Source: Candidatus Multivoradales bacterium
Lineage (GTDB): Bacteria > Acidobacteriota > Thermoanaerobaculia > Multivoradales > JAHEKO01
Direction of reading: 5' to 3'
NCBI GenBank assembly: GCA_965223855.1
Contig: CBDCXM010000009.1
Coordinates: 2,592,001 to 2,656,000, forward strand
DNA length: 64,000 nt
The translations under genes were made by a program, and so were the position numbers. Shown here piece by piece: positions 47,147 to 56,952 of the stretch (the stretch's first letter is position 1; each line of letters starts with the position of its first letter). The notes beneath the pieces were generated by a model that was given only the letters and a program-made list of their open reading frames with translations, ran no database searches and was not told the DNA's origin.

Positions 47147-48610
47147 TCAGAGACCGCTCGGCAGCGAGCCGAGAAGGTACTTCAGGTCGTCGTCGCTCCA
47201 GGTCACTCCGGCCCCGAAGAACAGGGTCTCGCGCTCGTCCTCGAGAATGTCGTCAAGACCGCCCAACAGGTAGAGGTTGGGGTGGAGCCGCCAACGCCCC
47301 TCGACCCTGAGTCGGGGTTCGAGGTCGTCTTCGCGCGAGAAGTCGAACGCCTCGACGGTCATCCACAGCTTCTCCTCGAGCAGGCCGAAGTCGACCGCCG
47401 CGCCGCCCGAGGACTCGAAGATCCCGGCTCGCAGCCGGTGGCGCCCGAAGTGAAAGCCGAACTGCGCCGACAGGGTGAAGTCGTCATCGAGCGTGCGCGT
47501 CGTTGTGGTCGTCGTGATGGGAGGAACGTCCCCTTCGGTGACGGTCACCGTCTCAGTGCGGGTCTCGAGGCGCCCACGCGGATCGTCGACGATTCCCAGC
47601 CGGTAGAACCTGGAACTCCCCTCCGGCTGGAGATCGATCGAGAACGCGGTTCGGGTCTCTTCGACCTCCTCGAGCACCGTGCCGTCGAGCGACAGATCGA
47701 GCCCGAGGCTGGTGATCTTCCCGAACGTCTCGCTCAGGCTGTCGACCCCTTCCTCCATCGCTCCGAGGGTCGAGGTCAGCTGGTCGTGCGCCTCGTCGCT
47801 GCGAAGCAACTTGCCCAACGTTCCCTCCCCGGCGGCAAGACCGGCCGTGATCGTATTGAGATCGTCGACCGACGCCTGCATCGAGGTCGACAGCTTCGCC
47901 ACCTCGTCGAGACTCGTGCTGAGCGTCTCCCGATTCTCGGCGACGACCGCATCGATCTGGGCAAGCAGACCCTCCATCTGATCGGCAAGCCGCGGCAACT
48001 CCGCCGCGAGGGTGCCACTCGCGCGCGCGAAGTTGTCCGCCGTCCGATCGAAGGCACCTCGGTTCGCTTCGACCAGATCGCGAAGCGTCGCAGTTGTCCG
48101 ATCGAGATTGGCGAGCAGGTTGCGCACCAGCCGTCCGGTCTCCTCCGGATCGACCGCATCGAGCGAGCGTTGCAGGGTTCCCCCGATCTCGCTCAACTGC
48201 GCCATCGCCTCGTCCCAGCCCGCCGGCGTCTCACCGGCGATTGTCGCCCCGTCTACGAGGAAGGAGCCGGTCGCGGGGCCCTGCACGAGTTCGACGTACT
48301 TGTCTCCCAGCAGACCGAGACTGCTGATCCTCGCCTGCGTCCCCTCGGGAAGATCGAGCGGTGGATCGAGGAGCAGCCCCACGATCGCGGTCCGTCCTTC
48401 GAGCCGGATGCCGTCGACCTTTCCCACCCTGACGCCCGCAATGCGCACTGCCGCCTTGTCGTCCAGTCCGGCGACGGAGGCGAAGCGCGCCTCGATGCGC
48501 TGCCCGGACGCGCCGAAGAGCTCGAGGTCTTCGACCTTGAAGATCAGGTAGCCGAGCACCGCGAGGGCGGCGACCATGAAGAGACCGACCTTGGCCAGAT
48601 TCGACATCAT
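47147..48610 (-). CDS. mlaD: MlaD/MCE family protein with long helical region and C-terminal beta-rich domain
   Basis: KVGLF TM segment, GLDDKAAVRIAGVRVGKV, GLLGDKYVEL and GTLGKLL; downstream of mlaE and mlaF. Confidence 0.88.
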   Translation of the reverse strand: MMSNLAKVGLFMVAALAVLGYLIFKVEDLELFGASGQRIEARFASVAGLDDKAAVRIAGVRVGKVDGIRLEGRTAIVGLLLDPPLDLPEGTQARISSLGLLGDKYVELVQGPATGSFLVDGATIAGETPAGWDEAMAQLSEIGGTLQRSLDAVDPEETGRLVRNLLANLDRTTATLRDLVEANRGAFDRTADNFARASGTLAAELPRLADQMEGLLAQIDAVVAENRETLSTSLDEVAKLSTSMQASVDDLNTITAGLAAGEGTLGKLLRSDEAHDQLTSTLGAMEEGVDSLSETFGKITSLGLDLSLDGTVLEEVEETRTAFSIDLQPEGSSRFYRLGIVDDPRGRLETRTETVTVTEGDVPPITTTTTTRTLDDDFTLSAQFGFHFGRHRLRAGIFESSGGAAVDFGLLEEKLWMTVEAFDFSREDDLEPRLRVEGRWRLHPNLYLLGGLDDILEDERETLFFGAGVTWSDDDLKYLLGSLPSGL

Positions 48611-48653
48611 TCGATCCTTTCGGAGCGGGGCGTGGGAGGCAAGAGGCGTTGTG

Positions 48654-49418
48654 TCACGGTTCGGCGTTCCAGACTTCGAGGTCACGGCGCACGAAGTCGG
48701 CGATCCGGGGGTCGTCGCTGCGACGGATCTCGGCCGGCGTCGCGTCGGTGAGGATGCGTCCCTCGTAGAGCATCGCCACCCGATCGGCGATACGGAAGAC
48801 GCTTCCCATGTCATGGCTGATGGTGACGAGGGTCGACTCGAGAGATTCCCGAAGATCGATCATCAGACGGTCGATCGTCAGCTTCGTCACCGGGTCGAGT
48901 CCGGTCGTCGGCTCGTCGAAGAGGAGCACCTCCGGCCGATGAGCGATCGCTCGCGCGAAGCCGACCCGACGACGCATCCCCCCGGAGAGATCGGCCGGCA
49001 TCTTGGTCGCGTTGCCCGCGAGTTCGACCCGCTCGAGGCACTCCGCGACGCGCTCCCGGATCGCCCCCTCGTCGAGCTCACCGATCCTACGCAGCGGAAA
49101 GGCGATGTTGTCCTCGACGGTCATCGAGTCGAAAAGCGCCCCCTCCTGGAACGCCATCCCGAACTTGCGCCGGAAGCGGGTCAGCTCCTCACCCTCCAGC
49201 TCTCCCATCCTCGTGCCGTCGACCTCGACGTAGCCGTCGTCGGGGGCGAGGAGCCCGATGATGTGCTTGAGAAGAACGCTCTTGCCGGTCCCCGAGCCGC
49301 CGATGATGACCGTCGAGCTCCCCGCGGCCACATCGAGATCGACGCCGCGGAGGATCTTCTTGTCGCCGAACGCCTTGTGAAGGCTGCGAATACGGATCTT
49401 GATCGGTCGCTCGGTCAA
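48654..49418 (-). CDS. mlaF: MlaF-type ABC transporter ATP-binding protein
   Basis: GGSGTGKS, FQEGALFDSMTV, LSGGMRRRV, FDEPTTGLDP and ISHD; TTG start overlaps the mlaE stop. Confidence 0.92.
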   Translation of the reverse strand: MTERPIKIRIRSLHKAFGDKKILRGVDLDVAAGSSTVIIGGSGTGKSVLLKHIIGLLAPDDGYVEVDGTRMGELEGEELTRFRRKFGMAFQEGALFDSMTVEDNIAFPLRRIGELDEGAIRERVAECLERVELAGNATKMPADLSGGMRRRVGFARAIAHRPEVLLFDEPTTGLDPVTKLTIDRLMIDLRESLESTLVTISHDMGSVFRIADRVAMLYEGRILTDATPAEIRRSDDPRIADFVRRDLEVWNAEP

Positions 49419-50161
49419 AACAGGATCTTGGTGAGAAAGAAGTCGCTGATCAGGATGGCGATCGAGGCGAAGACCACCGACCTCGTCGTGGCCCGTCCGA
49501 CGCCGGCCGCTCCGCCGCGCGCATAGAGCCCCTGTTGGCAGCCGATCACAGCGAGAAGGAGACCGAAGACCGCCGCCTTGATGAGGCCGGAGGTGACGTC
49601 CGCAAGATCGGTGTACTGGAAGGTCGTCTCCAGATAGGCAACCGGGTTGGTACCCATGGCGAGCACCGCCACGAGGTAGCCGCCCCAGATGCCGATCGCG
49701 TCGGAGAGCCCGACCAGGAGCGGCAGGACGATCACCGCCGCCCACACCCGCGGCACGACGAGGTAGTGGACCGGGTTGGTGGCCATGACCTCGAGCGCGT
49801 CGATCTGCTCGGTGACCCGCATACTCGCCAGCTCGGCGCCCATGGCCGATCCGGACCTGCCGGCGATCACCAGGCCGCCGAGGACCGCGGCGAGTTCGCG
49901 CACCATCGACAGGGCGACCAGTGAGCCGACGTAGCGCTCGGCGCCGAAACGCTGCAGGGTCGAGGTCGTCTGGAGCGCCAGCACCATGCCGGTGAACATC
50001 GCCGTGAGCAGGACCACAGGCAGCGAGTTGACGCCGACACGGACCATCTGGAGCAGCCACTGGCGGCCGTCGAACGGTCGGCGAAAGGTCCAGCGCAGGA
50101 CCTTCCAGAGCAGGTCGAAGAAGCGGCCGATCTCCTCGAGGAAGGCGTGGAGGGTTTGCAT
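49415..50161 (-). CDS. mlaE: MlaE-type ABC transporter permease
   Basis: GRSGSAMGAELASMRVTEQIDALEVM, YLVVPR and GVGRATTRSVV motifs. Confidence 0.94.
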   Translation of the reverse strand: MQTLHAFLEEIGRFFDLLWKVLRWTFRRPFDGRQWLLQMVRVGVNSLPVVLLTAMFTGMVLALQTTSTLQRFGAERYVGSLVALSMVRELAAVLGGLVIAGRSGSAMGAELASMRVTEQIDALEVMATNPVHYLVVPRVWAAVIVLPLLVGLSDAIGIWGGYLVAVLAMGTNPVAYLETTFQYTDLADVTSGLIKAAVFGLLLAVIGCQQGLYARGGAAGVGRATTRSVVFASIAILISDFFLTKILF

Positions 50162-50337
50162 GGCTTTCGTCAGGGAGGGGGCCGTAACGTCGCGGGTCGC
50201 AGGGGTGCAGCCTGCGGAGGATCGGGGCGATGACCTCGAGGCCCCGTGCGGCCGGGGGCGACGATAGTCTACTGGTGTCGGGTCTCTTCTCCCGGAATCG
50301 ACGCAACCCCCTCCGGGTGGAAGCCGTACCTTTCGCC

Positions 50338-50898
50338 ATGAGCCCTCGCAAGATTCTCGGAACCATGCTCGCGGCCGCAGCCGCCCTGGCACTCGACTCG
50401 TCGCAGCTCGATGCGCAGGTGGCGAGGCGGGCCTGCGAGGACGCGGAAGCGAAGGGCTCGGTCGTGGTGGTCGCCGGCCCCGAAGAGCCTGGTGAGCGCC
50501 TGAGCATCGAAGGCCGGGTGCTCGATCGCGAAGGTCTCCCGGTGGCGACGGCCCGCGTCCTGGCCTTCCACACCGACGCCGAGGGCTTCTACTCCCCGGG
50601 CGGGATGGACGAATCGGAGGCGAGGCTCTGCGGCGTCGCCCGGACCGATGCCGAAGGGCGCTTCCGCTTCGACACGGTTCGCCCCGGCTACTACGCCGAA
50701 GGAGCGCGACCACCGGCCCACGTTCATTTTCGTGTCGTGGTCGCGGGCAGGGAGCAGTCCTTCACTCTTCAGTTCGCCGACGACGAGCGACTCGGCTCCC
50801 GCGCCGACGGTGACGGTCCGACCTGGTCTTCGGTGAGGCCGGTGGAACGGTCGAGCGACGGGGCCATGAGGGTCGTGCGCGACCTTCGTCTGCGCTGA
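50338..50898 (+). CDS. Secreted intradiol ring-cleavage dioxygenase-like protein
   Basis: EPGERL.IEGRV, HTDAEGFY, TDAEGRFRFDTVRPGYY and PAHVHF motifs; N-terminal signal peptide. Confidence 0.8.
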   Translation: MSPRKILGTMLAAAAALALDSSQLDAQVARRACEDAEAKGSVVVVAGPEEPGERLSIEGRVLDREGLPVATARVLAFHTDAEGFYSPGGMDESEARLCGVARTDAEGRFRFDTVRPGYYAEGARPPAHVHFRVVVAGREQSFTLQFADDERLGSRADGDGPTWSSVRPVERSSDGAMRVVRDLRLR

Positions 50899-51038
50899 GG
50901 GCTCCCTCCACCGCAGTCGACGTGTCGCCGGATCGCCTCCTTCTCAGAGTCGCTGCGCGACCCTGAGAGGCCGAAGGGCTGCTCTCGAGGGGCTCGCCGT
51001 CGAGGGCGGTAGCATGGCCGGAAAAGAGGAGATCTCTC

Positions 51039-53231
51039 ATGAAGCGAAGCGCGATGACAGCGGCTCTCTGTGCCGCCCTGAGCCTGATCCCCGGCGCGAT
51101 GCCGGCCTCCGACAGCGGTGCTGCGGCTCTGCTGGAAGCGGCCCGAGCAGGCTCGGTCGAAGAAGTCGTAGACCTCGTCGAGCAGGGTGTCGACGTCGAC
51201 AGTACGGACAAGTACGGCTCGACAGCGCTGGCTGCCGCTGCGGTCAACGGTCACCTGGAGGTCGTCGAGACGCTGCTCGAGAAGGGCGCGGACCCGAATC
51301 TGGCCGAGACCTTCTACGGCGCCCGACCGCTGGAGATGGCGCTCTTCTTCGCCCAGCAGCGGGCGGTGGCGCTGGCGCTTCTCGCGCATGGCGCTGAGGA
51401 CCGCGATCAGGCTCTCGGCTTCGCCATGCAGGGCGGCGATCTCGAGTTGGCGACGGCGGCCATCGACGCGGGGCCGATTCGCGAGTCGACCCTCGAACAG
51501 CTCCGTGCAGCCGGCCTGGAAGGCGAGTTCGCCGCGCTGCTCGAACGCGCCGAGAGCCGCCCGGATCCCGCGCCGCCTACCTACGCCCTCGAAGAGCTGC
51601 ACAGATTCACCGGACTCTACGAGGGATTCGCCGGTGACGAGAGCGCGGAGGCCGTCCTGAGGGAAGGGCGCCTGCGCCTGTCGGTCTCCGGCGGTGCGTT
51701 CGAGGATCTCGAGGTCCGCGGCGAGCGGGCGTTCATCAACGCAGCCGGCTCGATCCGGGCGAGCTTCTTCGGCCGGGCGGGGACCATCGAGGGTATCGCC
51801 CTCGATCGGGATGGCGAACAGCCGGCCTCGTTGCGGCGTGCCGTCGCCGAGCCGGTCGGCGTCGCCGGCTTCGTGGCACCGGAAGAGGTGGCGGGCTCAG
51901 AGACGGTCCACTGGCCGGCGTTTCGGGGCAGCAATCGCACGGGTGTCGGCGACGGCGCAGAGGTGGCCACCCATTGGGATCTCGCCAGCGGCAGCGGCAT
52001 TCGCTGGGATGCCGACCTGGAAGGGCTCGGCAACTCGAGCCCGATCGTGTGGGGTGACCGGGTCTACGTCACCACCGCAGTGGCGACCGGCATCGACCAG
52101 ACGCTGCGGACCGGGCTGACTGGCGAAGGGACGCCGGTCAGCGAGGAAGTCGAGCACAGTTGGAAAGTGATCGCCTTCGACAAGAAGACCGGAGATCGGG
52201 TGTGGGAGACCGAGATCGGGAGAGCGATCCCCGCGACCCGTCGCCACTTCAAGGCGACGCAGGCCAACTCGACCCCCGCGACCGACGGCGAGTCGATCGT
52301 CGTCGTCTTCCCGACGGCCGGGATGGCAGTCCTCGAGATGGACGGCACGGTGCGCTGGCAGCTCGACCTCGGCGGCCTCAATGCGGGGGCGTTCTCCGAC
52401 CCGGGGATCGAGTGGGGGTACGCGAGCTCGCCGATCCTGGTCGACGGTCGTGTCATTCTGCAGGTCGACGTTCACGAGGGTCCCTATCTCGCCGCCTGGG
52501 ACGCGCGTACCGGTGAGGAGCTGTGGCGAGTCGATCGTGACGTCGCCCCCTCGTGGTCGACACCGGCGATCGTCGAAGGGAGCGATGGCGACGAGCTGGT
52601 CGTCAACGGCTCGACGATCCACGCCTACGATCCCGCCAACGGCGAAGAGCTGTGGAGCCTCGGGCCGAACTCGGAGCTCGTGATCGCCGCTCCCGTCGTC
52701 TCGGATCAGTCGGTGATCGTCTCCGCCGGCTATCCGCCGATCAAGCCGATCTACGCGGTTCCCGCCGGGATCCGAGGCGACCTCGCGATAGCGGACCCGG
52801 TGTCCGACGAGCGACTGCTCTGGGGGCACGGGCGCGGCGGCGCGTACATGCCGACGCCGCTGCTCTACCGGGGCGTCTACTACGTGATTCATCACAACGG
52901 CATCTTCGTCACCTACGACGCCGGCTCGGGGGCGGCGTTGACCAAGAGCCGCTTCTCGCAGCGCGGCACGTTCACGGCATCTCCGGTAGCGGCGAACGGC
53001 CGGCTCTACGCCGGGACCGAGGAGGGCCTGATGTACGTGCTCGAGGCCGATCCGGAGTACGCGGAAGTGGCGGTGCACGACTTCGGCGAACCGCTCATGG
53101 CGACGCCGGCGATCTCCGAGGGCGCGCTCTTCGTCCGCACCCCGTCACGGCTTCTCGCGATCGAGGCAGCCGGCGCTCCGGACGGTGACGGCGAACCGGC
53201 AGCTCCCGGCGCGGAGGGCGGCGCGCGTTGA
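51039..53231 (+). CDS. Secreted ankyrin-repeat + PQQ-like beta-propeller fusion protein
   Basis: Signal peptide; ankyrin GSTALAAAAVNGHLEVVETLLEKGADPN; HWPAFRG, GNSSPIVWGD, SWSTP, YMPTP and MATPAIS. Confidence 0.85.
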   Translation: MKRSAMTAALCAALSLIPGAMPASDSGAAALLEAARAGSVEEVVDLVEQGVDVDSTDKYGSTALAAAAVNGHLEVVETLLEKGADPNLAETFYGARPLEMALFFAQQRAVALALLAHGAEDRDQALGFAMQGGDLELATAAIDAGPIRESTLEQLRAAGLEGEFAALLERAESRPDPAPPTYALEELHRFTGLYEGFAGDESAEAVLREGRLRLSVSGGAFEDLEVRGERAFINAAGSIRASFFGRAGTIEGIALDRDGEQPASLRRAVAEPVGVAGFVAPEEVAGSETVHWPAFRGSNRTGVGDGAEVATHWDLASGSGIRWDADLEGLGNSSPIVWGDRVYVTTAVATGIDQTLRTGLTGEGTPVSEEVEHSWKVIAFDKKTGDRVWETEIGRAIPATRRHFKATQANSTPATDGESIVVVFPTAGMAVLEMDGTVRWQLDLGGLNAGAFSDPGIEWGYASSPILVDGRVILQVDVHEGPYLAAWDARTGEELWRVDRDVAPSWSTPAIVEGSDGDELVVNGSTIHAYDPANGEELWSLGPNSELVIAAPVVSDQSVIVSAGYPPIKPIYAVPAGIRGDLAIADPVSDERLLWGHGRGGAYMPTPLLYRGVYYVIHHNGIFVTYDAGSGAALTKSRFSQRGTFTASPVAANGRLYAGTEEGLMYVLEADPEYAEVAVHDFGEPLMATPAISEGALFVRTPSRLLAIEAAGAPDGDGEPAAPGAEGGAR

Positions 53232-54343
53232 AGGTCGATTCCTCGTTGCCGGGAGTTCGCGGCGCAGTTTCGGTGCTGGCGATTCTCGCGGCGCTGATGG
53301 CGATCGACCAGTCGCGCACCTTGCTCCTGCCGGTCATCGTCGCGGTGCTGCTCTACTTCCTGCTTGCGCCTGCCGTGAGGCTTCTGACTCGCCTCCGCCT
53401 GCCGAGGCCGCTCGCCACCGTCCTCGTGTTGTCGGGGATCCTTGCCGGTGTGACCGCTTTGGGGACCTTCATCCACGAGCCGGCGCTCGAGTGGGCGGGC
53501 GAGATGCCCTCCACCGCGAGGGAGTTGCAGAGGTCGTTCGATCGCTGGCTCGAGCCTGTCCAGAAGGCACAGGAGGCAACACTCGAGGCGACCCGTCAGG
53601 TGAAGAGCCTCACGGAGGTCGATTCCAGCGAGGACGCGGAGGTCGTTCGCATCGAGGAGCCGAGCGCGGCCGAGACCCTGATTGCGGACGCCGGGGCGAT
53701 GCTGGCGAGCTCGGTGATCTCGATCGTGCTGCTGTTCTTCCTGCTGGCGACCGATGGGGCGTTCCTGCGGCGCCTGGCGACGACGCTCCCCGAACTCGGT
53801 GAGGGGAGTCGGGCGCTCGACTTCCTCTCGAACTTCGAGCGCCAGGCGTCCTCGTACCTGCTCACGGTCAGTGCGATCAACATCCTCCTGGGCGTCTGCG
53901 TGGGGGGAACACTGTGGGCGCTCGGCATGCCCAACCCGCTGCTGTGGGCGGCAGTGGCCGCCAGCCTCAACTTCATTCCCTACCTCGGAGCCGTGGTCGG
54001 GACCGCCCTCGTCGGCGTCGCCGCAGCCGGAAGTCTCAGTCCGATCTCCTACGCCCTGCTCGCGCCCGCCTGCTACCTGCTGCTGACGGCGGTGGAGGGG
54101 ACTCTTGTGACCCCGGCCGCCCTCGGTCGGCGGCTCAAGCTCAGCCCGGTTGCCATCTTCCTGTGGCTGTTGCTCTGGAACTGGATGTGGGGGGTTCCCG
54201 GTGCGCTTATCGCCGTTCCCCTGCTGGTGGTCGTCAAGGTCTTCTGCGACAGCTTCCCGTCCCTTCAGCGGGTCGGCTACGTCCTCGGTCGAGGGGGGCC
54301 GTCGACTGGGTCGACGCAGGATCCCGAGCCGACGCCCGGATAG
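53228..54343 (+). CDS. AI-2E family transporter
   Basis: LNFIPYLG, EGTLVTP and WGVPGALIAVPL motifs; multiple TM segments. Confidence 0.9.
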   Translation: MKVDSSLPGVRGAVSVLAILAALMAIDQSRTLLLPVIVAVLLYFLLAPAVRLLTRLRLPRPLATVLVLSGILAGVTALGTFIHEPALEWAGEMPSTARELQRSFDRWLEPVQKAQEATLEATRQVKSLTEVDSSEDAEVVRIEEPSAAETLIADAGAMLASSVISIVLLFFLLATDGAFLRRLATTLPELGEGSRALDFLSNFERQASSYLLTVSAINILLGVCVGGTLWALGMPNPLLWAAVAASLNFIPYLGAVVGTALVGVAAAGSLSPISYALLAPACYLLLTAVEGTLVTPAALGRRLKLSPVAIFLWLLLWNWMWGVPGALIAVPLLVVVKVFCDSFPSLQRVGYVLGRGGPSTGSTQDPEPTPG

Positions 54344-54444
54344 GTGGGGCGGCGGCCGGGAGGGCGCCGGCTACGGGCAGCCTTGCGGCCGGGGCTCTTC
54401 AGCAACCTGCAACTACCAGGCTGAGGCGGTCCGAGACGAAGGAG

Positions 54445-55911
54445 CTAGGAAGAGCTCCGGTCCCTTGCCCGGGCAGCCGGTGATCGGCCGGTCGCCAGCG
54501 AGAGCAGGAGGACCGCCGCGCCCGACGCCAGGAAGGCAGGCACCAGTTCGTAGATCCCGGTGCTCTCTTTCCACCACAGACGCCAGAGAACCGTCGTCGT
54601 CGCGCCGACGAGCATCCCGCCCAGCACTCCCTGGCGGGTCGTGCCGCGCCACAGCAGGGCGAAGATCACGGCCGGGCCGAAGGCGGCGCCGAGGCCGCTC
54701 CACGCGAAGAGCACGAGCCAGAAGACCAGATCCTCGGCAAACCATGCCAGGGCGACCGCCAGCACGCCCGACAGCAGGACGATCCAGCGCGACAGACGCA
54801 ACCGGTCGCGCTCCTTCTCGAAGGTGCGGCCGAACGTGCCTTCCCACAGATCCCGGATGAACGTGGAGGCAACGACCAGGAGTTGAGAGTCGGCCGTCGA
54901 GAGGATGGCGGCAAAGACGCCGCCGACGACCAGGCCGAAGAGCAGCGGGCCGAAGTTGTCGCCGGCGAGTGCCAGATAGACCATCTCGGGGTCGCCGTTG
55001 GGCAATTGTGCGGCCTCGTTCCAGAAGGCGGCACCGAGTACACCGATCGCTACGGCCCCGCTGCCGAGCACGAGGTTCCAGGCGAGCCCGATCCAGGCGA
55101 CGGCCGGCAGCTTGCCCGCGTCATCGATCGACATGTAGCGCACCAGGAGGTGCGGCTGTCCGGGCGAGCCGAGACCGATGCCGACCAGACCGAGGAAGGC
55201 TCCCGCCGACAGCGCGAAGGGGTCGAGGTGAGCGGGGTGGGCCTCCAGCGCGAGGGCGAGGCCACCCTCCTCGATTCGTGACAGGGCGACCAGCGGCAGA
55301 ACGACGAGGCCGATCAGCATCACCACCGCCCGCACCACGTCGTTGTAGGCGACGGCTACGAAACCTCCCAGCACCATGTACACGAGAATGATCGCGGCCG
55401 CCGCCGCCAGGCCGCCGGCGAGCGGCCAACCGAGGGCGCTGTTGAGCGTCTTCGCGCCGGCGTGAAGCTGTGCCGCGACGTAGGCGGTCACGAAACCGAC
55501 GAGCAGCAGCGCGGCCGTCGCCCTGACGGTGCGACCCGCTTCACCGAAGCGCAGTGCGAGCACGTCGGGCACCGTGATCGCTCCGAGCGACTCGCTGTCC
55601 CGGCGCAAGCGCGGTCCGAGGACGAGGCACTGGAGCCACTCGACGAAGGTGTAGCCGACGACCGCCCAGATCGCGCTCAGCCCGGTGGAGAACGCGAGCC
55701 CGCTGACTCCGAGCACCAGCCAGGAGGAACGGCCCGAGGAGACCGCCGAAAGAGCCACCACCCAGCGGCCCATCGACCGACCGCCGACGAAGAAGTCGCT
55801 CTGGTTCGCGGTGCGGCGCAGGGCGAGCACGCCTATCGCGATCGGCAGGACCAGCGTCAACCCGAGGACCGACAGGGCGACGGGGCTGTCGAGAGGCCCG
55901 TAGGCGTTCAC
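54445..55911 (-). CDS. putP: Sodium/proline symporter (SSS family)
   Basis: DFFVGGRS, GGFVAVAYND, GSPGQPHLLVRYM, AILSTADSQLLV, AWSGLGAAFGP and YELVPAF. Confidence 0.85.
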   Translation of the reverse strand: MNAYGPLDSPVALSVLGLTLVLPIAIGVLALRRTANQSDFFVGGRSMGRWVVALSAVSSGRSSWLVLGVSGLAFSTGLSAIWAVVGYTFVEWLQCLVLGPRLRRDSESLGAITVPDVLALRFGEAGRTVRATAALLLVGFVTAYVAAQLHAGAKTLNSALGWPLAGGLAAAAAIILVYMVLGGFVAVAYNDVVRAVVMLIGLVVLPLVALSRIEEGGLALALEAHPAHLDPFALSAGAFLGLVGIGLGSPGQPHLLVRYMSIDDAGKLPAVAWIGLAWNLVLGSGAVAIGVLGAAFWNEAAQLPNGDPEMVYLALAGDNFGPLLFGLVVGGVFAAILSTADSQLLVVASTFIRDLWEGTFGRTFEKERDRLRLSRWIVLLSGVLAVALAWFAEDLVFWLVLFAWSGLGAAFGPAVIFALLWRGTTRQGVLGGMLVGATTTVLWRLWWKESTGIYELVPAFLASGAAVLLLSLATGRSPAARARDRSSS

Positions 55912-55950
55912 GCCAGGGTCGCTCTCAGGCCTCGGGAGTCGATGGCCGCC

Positions 55951-56811
55951 TCAACCGCCGCCGCGGCGACGCTTCAGCAGACCGCGCAGGCCACCCTCAT
56001 CCTCTTCCTGCGGCTGTGCGGTCGGCATCGCCGTCAGGAGGGGCTTCTCGACCAGATTGGGGTCGAGCACGAAGATCGAGTTGTCGATGTTCTCTTCGCG
56101 CATCTCGGTCACTTCCATGGTCGAGGTGGTGGTCTGCGGATTGCCCCTCTTGCCGCTTTCGGAGGTGCTCACCGTGACAGCCTTGAGAGGGAAGCCCTTC
56201 ACCTTCTGGATCTCGGTGGCGATGAGAGCGTCGAGTTCCTCGTTACCGATGCTCGGCGGCTCCTTGCGAAGCCAGGCGCCGAGGGCGACATGGTCGGGCA
56301 TGTCGATGACCCAGATCTCCTGATCGGAGGTCGACTTCATGGCGCGCTTCATCCCGAAGACTTTCATTTGCATGTCGTACGAGCTGCGATAGCGGTAGTA
56401 GGTCGTGTCGCGGCCGAGAAGGTCGCCTCCATCACGTTCCTCGAGGAGCTCCATCGACGGGTTCTCGATACTGAAGTCCACCAGACCGCCGGTGCTTTGC
56501 ATCAACTGCGCGGCGCTTTGCATGACCGCCTCGAGGTCGAGCTCCGAGTAGCTGCCGTCCTGCTCGTTGACGAGCCACAGCGTCTGTCCGCCGTCGTTGG
56601 TGAGGATGTACGTGCCGGCGGGCATGATCGGGCTGCCGCTCTGGGTGAATTCGATCTTGGCGTTGGCCCCCTCGACCCAGGATCGCACGGTCCAGGACGA
56701 AGCTTCGCCACCCTGGCCATCGACCCGGTTGACCGCTTCGTAGTAGACGCCCGCTCCTGCCGGTGCCGAGAGCAACACTGCGAGCAGAGCCAGAATGGAA
56801 AGTCGTCGCAT
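55951..56811 (-). CDS. DUF4412-like secreted protein
   Basis: GAGGAG RBS; signal peptide; KVKGFPLK and IDNSIFVL motifs; basic C-terminal tail. Confidence 0.7.
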   Translation of the reverse strand: MRRLSILALLAVLLSAPAGAGVYYEAVNRVDGQGGEASSWTVRSWVEGANAKIEFTQSGSPIMPAGTYILTNDGGQTLWLVNEQDGSYSELDLEAVMQSAAQLMQSTGGLVDFSIENPSMELLEERDGGDLLGRDTTYYRYRSSYDMQMKVFGMKRAMKSTSDQEIWVIDMPDHVALGAWLRKEPPSIGNEELDALIATEIQKVKGFPLKAVTVSTSESGKRGNPQTTTSTMEVTEMREENIDNSIFVLDPNLVEKPLLTAMPTAQPQEEDEGGLRGLLKRRRGGG

Positions 56812-56952
56812 GAGGAACTCCTCCGAGAGATTCAGGTACGCCGGCCCGTGAGAGCGGCCGAGTCGATGAGACTGGCGACAGAGCCTAGCAGCCGTTACAT
56901 GCGGGGCGGCCGGTCGCCAAGGGCGCATATGCCCCGGGGTGCAGGGCCGCCC

